From assembly GCA_038212015.1 (NCBI GenBank), contig JBBQUY010000002.1, positions 7,313 through 71,312 on the forward strand: DNA of 64,000 nt, read 5' to 3'. The stretch is from Gaiellales bacterium (lineage in GTDB: Bacteria > Actinomycetota > Thermoleophilia > Gaiellales > SKUG01). Within the stretch, counting starts at the first letter, position 1; each line of letters starts with the position of its first letter. Shown here piece after piece: positions 60,195 to 64,000 of this stretch. The notes under the pieces were generated by a model. The model made no database searches, had not been told where the DNA came from, and saw only the letters and a program-made list of their open reading frames with translations. The position numbers and the translations under genes are program-made.

Positions 60195-61874
60195 ATGGAC
60201 GTTGGATCGATTGCGCGCACCGCGCTCGGCTCGGGCTCTTCCGCTCGGGCGGCATTCTGGATTCCCGGACTGACGATCGGCGCGGTCGCAGCCGCAGCCA
60301 CCGTCGGACCCTCGCTGTTTCCGCACGATCCCAAGTTCCAGGCCGCCGCCATTGGCGGTGCCGGGCTCGCCGGGTTCGCGGTCGGCGCCGGCATCGAAGG
60401 CATCGCCCGCGGCGCCGGCAGGATCTCCCCGGGAGCTCGCATGGGTGCGCTCGGCGTGCTCGCTGGAGCGGGCCTCGTCGCCTGGGGCGCCACCCGCCTG
60501 CTCGGTGACAAGGACTCCAACATCCAGGGCCTCGGCACTGCCGGCGTCGTGACTGCCGCAGCCGCCGGCGCGTCGATCGCCGCGACCATCATCGCCCGCA
60601 AGATGCCCGCACACGGCACGCTCGCGCAGCTCGCGCTCCCCGTCATCGCGGGCGGCGGCGTGCTCGGCATGGCGATCCACGACCGCATGCGCACTGACAA
60701 GGACTACCTGCTCCCGGACGTCGACCTGCCGAAGGTCGACCAGAACGAGCAGCTCGCCACTCGCGAGCTCACGAAGTTCACCGCCGCCGAGGCGATGCCG
60801 GGCGTCGACCCGTCGACCGTGCAGCTCGACAAGCTCCCACCCAACGGCCTGCGCTTCATGCTCGAGCGCCCCACCGCCGCCGAGATCTCCGCGACGATGG
60901 GCGAGCCCGCCAAGGCCGAGCCGCTGCGCCTGTACGTCGGCCTCGACGAGGCACCGGCCGAGCTCGCGCTCCCGGAGAACGAGCCGAAGCTCGTCGACTG
61001 GATGACCGACCGCGCGATGGAGCGCATGGAGGCGTCGGGCGCGTTCGATCGCAGCCGCATCCTCGTGGCGGCCACCACCAGCACCGGCTTCATCAACCCG
61101 CTCGCGCCGGTCTCCAACGAGATGATGACGCTCGGCGACGTGGCGACGGTCGGCATGCAGGCCGGCCACAAGAAGGCGATGTTCGAGATGGACAACCTCG
61201 ATCGCGCCACCGCGATGCACGAGCTGCTGCTCGCCAAGATCCAGGATCGCATCGAGGACATCCCCGAGGGCGAGCGCCCGATCGTCGACGTCTACGGCGA
61301 GAGCTTCGGCGCCTGGACGAGCCAGGACGCATTCAAGGGCAAGGGTGTCGACGCCATGGCCGCCGCCGGCATCTCGCACGCGATGTACACCGGCTCGCCC
61401 AAGGACAGCACCTTCCGCACCGAGGTGCAGGACGACCCGCGCGCGCTCCACCTTCGCAGCGCCGTCGCCGCGCAGGAGCTCGGCGGGCCGGAGAAGACCG
61501 ATCCGAGCGTGACGTTCCTCACGCACGACGCGGACCCGGTCGCGAACTTCGACGTCGCCGACCTGTGGCGCCGCCCCGACTGGCTGCCCACCGACGGCGA
61601 GCGCGGCGAGAAGATCTCGCCCCACCAGAAGTGGTGGCCCGGCGTGACCGGCCTGCAGCTCGGCATCGACCAGTGGCGCGCCCAGTTCTTCACCCCCGGC
61701 GTGCTCGAGGCCGTCGGCCACGACTATCGCCCCGAGGTCGGCTACGTGATGCGCACCGCCTACGACCACGAAGGCGTCAGCGACGAGCAGATGGCCCGCA
61801 TCCGCGAGTACGGCCGTCAGGCGGAGGTCCGCTGGACCGAAGCCAAGGGTGACCTGCTGCCGCCGGCGGAGTAG
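60195..61874 (+). CDS. Membrane-anchored alpha/beta-hydrolase family protein (Abhydrolase_9-like)
   Basis: N-terminal Gly/Ala-rich TM region. YGESFGAW nucleophile elbow. 559 aa. Confidence 0.6.
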   Translation: MDVGSIARTALGSGSSARAAFWIPGLTIGAVAAAATVGPSLFPHDPKFQAAAIGGAGLAGFAVGAGIEGIARGAGRISPGARMGALGVLAGAGLVAWGATRLLGDKDSNIQGLGTAGVVTAAAAGASIAATIIARKMPAHGTLAQLALPVIAGGGVLGMAIHDRMRTDKDYLLPDVDLPKVDQNEQLATRELTKFTAAEAMPGVDPSTVQLDKLPPNGLRFMLERPTAAEISATMGEPAKAEPLRLYVGLDEAPAELALPENEPKLVDWMTDRAMERMEASGAFDRSRILVAATTSTGFINPLAPVSNEMMTLGDVATVGMQAGHKKAMFEMDNLDRATAMHELLLAKIQDRIEDIPEGERPIVDVYGESFGAWTSQDAFKGKGVDAMAAAGISHAMYTGSPKDSTFRTEVQDDPRALHLRSAVAAQELGGPEKTDPSVTFLTHDADPVANFDVADLWRRPDWLPTDGERGEKISPHQKWWPGVTGLQLGIDQWRAQFFTPGVLEAVGHDYRPEVGYVMRTAYDHEGVSDEQMARIREYGRQAEVRWTEAKGDLLPPAE

Positions 61875-62045
61875 CACGCACCGCGCGCCGAGTGTTGCTC
61901 AGCGGCATGCGGCGCGGTCGTTCATCAACACTCGCGGGCGCCTCGAGTCACGGGTGTTGATGAACGTCACTTGATCGTGCCGTCCACCAACACTCGGCCA
62001 AGGGGCCGCCCCGCACAAGGCATCACGACACCACGCTCCACGCGC

Positions 62046-62459
62046 TCAGCGCACCTGCGCGTACAGGTACGCCATCGACACCGTGAAGACGAACGCACTG
62101 CCGCTGACGATGAACACCGTGGCGATCTTGTGGCGCAGCGCCCAGTCGACCTGGCGCTGGAACCGCACCTCGGCCCAGTCGAGCAGCCTCGCCAGCAGGC
62201 GCGACTCACCCGCCAGCACGAGCAGCGCAGCCAGGATGATGACGCTGCCGCCCGGCCCCGGGATGAAGATGTTGACGATCCCGAAGACGAGCAGCCCGAG
62301 CCCCACCACGAGCCGCCACAGTCGCAGCGGGTGGAGGCGGTGCATGTGCGACCGCTCCGCGTACCTGGTGATGAATCGCGCGCCGCGAATCGCGTCGTCG
62401 TCGGCGACGCCCTCGGTGCGCGCCGCAGTCTCCTCGAGTGGCGTGATCATGCCGTGCAT
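62046..62459 (-). CDS. PGPGW-domain membrane protein
   Basis: IFIPGPGG motif flanked by TM helices. Start ATG 62459 or 62450. Confidence 0.55.
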   Translation of the reverse strand: MHGMITPLEETAARTEGVADDDAIRGARFITRYAERSHMHRLHPLRLWRLVVGLGLLVFGIVNIFIPGPGGSVIILAALLVLAGESRLLARLLDWAEVRFQRQVDWALRHKIATVFIVSGSAFVFTVSMAYLYAQVR

Positions 62460-62478
62460 CGTATACGTCGCCGTCGCG

Positions 62479-63429
62479 TCAGTCCTCGTGCCGCGCGTGC
62501 ACGTGATCGGCGAGGTAGACGAGCGCGGTGACCAGGACGAAGCCGACGAGCGCGAACGCAGCGACCTGCACGATCTCGCTCGTGCCACCCGACGGCGCGA
62601 GGATCGTCCGCTCGTCGCCTTCCTGCCACGGCCACAGTGCGCGGATCGAGCCGACCATCAGGCCGACCAGCAGCGCCATCGTCGTTCCGTGGTGGTGCTC
62701 GAGCAGCCACCCCAGCACGCGCGAGAACAGCGCCAGCCCCGTCAGCGCACCGAGCGCGAAGACCGCCACGTAGGCCAGCTCACGCTCGTGCACGGCATCG
62801 AGCGTCACCTGGTACATGCCGAACACCAGCAGCAGGTACGACCCGCTCACGCCCGGCAGGATCATCGCGCAGATCGCGACGGCCGCCGCAAGGAACACCA
62901 CCACCATCGCGGGATCGTCGATCGAGCCCGGCGGCAGTCCGCTCAGCACGAACGCGACGATCGCCCCGACGACGGCGAGCCACCACGAGCGTCCAGAACG
63001 ATCCTCGATCATCCGCCACGGGATCGGCAGCGACGCCACGATCATCCCGAGAAACAGGGCGGAGGTCCGCTCGGGATGATCCTCCAGCAGCTGCGGAACG
63101 ATCCCGGCGCCCGCGACGATCGCCGTCCCCATTCCGGCAAGCACCGGAAGCAGCAGGAGCCACTCGACCTTTCGCACGCCCTCGCGACCACGCCCGCGCA
63201 CGACAGCCACGGGCAATCCGGTGAACGCGCGCACCGTCGCCACCAGCCGCTCGTAGATGCCGGTCACCAGCGCCATCGTTCCGCCGCTGACCCCGGGTAC
63301 CAGGTCGGCGCTGCCCATGATGATGCCGCGCACGTAGTTGCCGAGCGGGTGGGTGTATGCGCGCGCCGCGGCGTCCGGAGCGTCGGCGAGCGTGGCGGGC
63401 AGCTCGTGAGCGGTCTCGTCCGTCTTCAT
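62479..63429 (-). CDS. DUF368-family polytopic membrane protein
   Basis: Start ATG 63429. LVPGVSGGTMALV and ILPGVSGSYLLLV duplicated motifs typical of DUF368. Confidence 0.7.
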   Translation of the reverse strand: MKTDETAHELPATLADAPDAAARAYTHPLGNYVRGIIMGSADLVPGVSGGTMALVTGIYERLVATVRAFTGLPVAVVRGRGREGVRKVEWLLLLPVLAGMGTAIVAGAGIVPQLLEDHPERTSALFLGMIVASLPIPWRMIEDRSGRSWWLAVVGAIVAFVLSGLPPGSIDDPAMVVVFLAAAVAICAMILPGVSGSYLLLVFGMYQVTLDAVHERELAYVAVFALGALTGLALFSRVLGWLLEHHHGTTMALLVGLMVGSIRALWPWQEGDERTILAPSGGTSEIVQVAAFALVGFVLVTALVYLADHVHARHED

Positions 63430-63512
63430 CGCGCGAGCGTACACGACGACCCGGGCGGCGAGGTGCACGCCAGCGAGAGGACGCCGGTCGCACCCGCGGG
63501 TAGGCTCCTCAC

Positions 63513-64000
63513 ATGGCGACGACCACGACCCAGCCCCTCATTGCCTGCCGCTCGGCAGTGGCACGCGTCGCGCACAGCGACCCCCGCGGCTGGATCTACG
63601 TGGCATTCAGCCCGCGACTCGTCAACCTCGGAACCGGCCCCGCCTACGACGTGCGGCTCGACCTGCATCCGGTCTCGCGCACCGAGCTGGCGAGCGTCGG
63701 CTGCCGGATCTGGTCGGGCGAGCCACGGATCATCGAACCCCAGCAGCAGACGGGCGACGCCACGATCATCGCGCTCGAACGCGAGCTGTCCGACGGGCTC
63801 CACGTGCAGCAGCTCGGCGGGGGCGACCTGCCGCCCACCTCGTTCGCGATCGCGATCCCTGCCGAAGCGCTCGACGACCTGCCCGCCGGCTGGCTGCCGA
63901 TCTTCGAAACCGCCACCACCAGTCACGACCCGGATCGCCCTGGTCACTGGGAGTGCGGCATCCCGAGCGACCTGGTCTACGGCATCTGCACCTACCGTTT
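63513..64000 (+). CDS. Hypothetical protein, 3'-truncated at the window edge
   Basis: ATG 63513. The frame is open to the end of the window. High GC3. Confidence 0.4.
   Translation, partial: MATTTTQPLIACRSAVARVAHSDPRGWIYVAFSPRLVNLGTGPAYDVRLDLHPVSRTELASVGCRIWSGEPRIIEPQQQTGDATIIALERELSDGLHVQQLGGGDLPPTSFAIAIPAEALDDLPAGWLPIFETATTSHDPDRPGHWECGIPSDLVYGICTYR

Noticed and set aside
60027-61877. 616-aa minus ORF antisense to the membrane alpha/beta hydrolase
   Set aside because: Shadow ORF. The plus-strand gene has clear hydrolase motifs.

Overview
This is a very high-GC (about 70%) chromosomal segment that looks like it comes from a Gram-positive actinobacterium. The evidence for that is an LPXTG-type surface protein, lgt, a GuaB3-type IMPDH paralog, and strong GC3 codon bias in most genes. 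It is mostly core housekeeping. The glycolytic operon is gap-pgk-tpiA-gpmI. Also present are the pntAA-pntAB-pntB transhydrogenase, argS, rlmH, a cysteine synthase homolog, guaB3-guaA, hpt, bcp, ctaA, ccmE-ccmF, lgt, cspA and one tRNA-Gly(CCC). Accessory genes are interspersed: a VapBC toxin-antitoxin pair, a LysR regulator with a divergent target gene, a lone type IV pilin, a tandem cNMP-binding protein, secreted enzymes next to the tRNA, an M23 peptidase and a CopC/CopD fusion. The most unusual structure is a roughly 3.7 kb module at about 29.4-33.1 kb. It has atypical base composition at its left end and carries a compositionally foreign gene. It also carries a 24-codon hydrophobic peptide ORF with a perfect Shine-Dalgarno sequence, and a membrane-protein/flotillin operon. 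It is bracketed by imperfect 47-bp direct repeats derived from a convergent gene junction, which is what Campbell-type integration by homologous recombination would leave. Other points of note are a CcmE with C-P-S-K-F in place of the canonical H-x3-Y heme site, GTGA/ATGA translational couplings that tie a GSP-synthase-like ATP-grasp enzyme to guaA and a nucleotidyltransferase to argS, two paralogous single-pass membrane proteins with G/RGYG-rich tails, and a large helical HExxH protein beside a DUF45 metallopeptidase. No CRISPR arrays, rRNA, transposases or integrases were seen. All functional calls come from motif recognition by eye, not from database searches.
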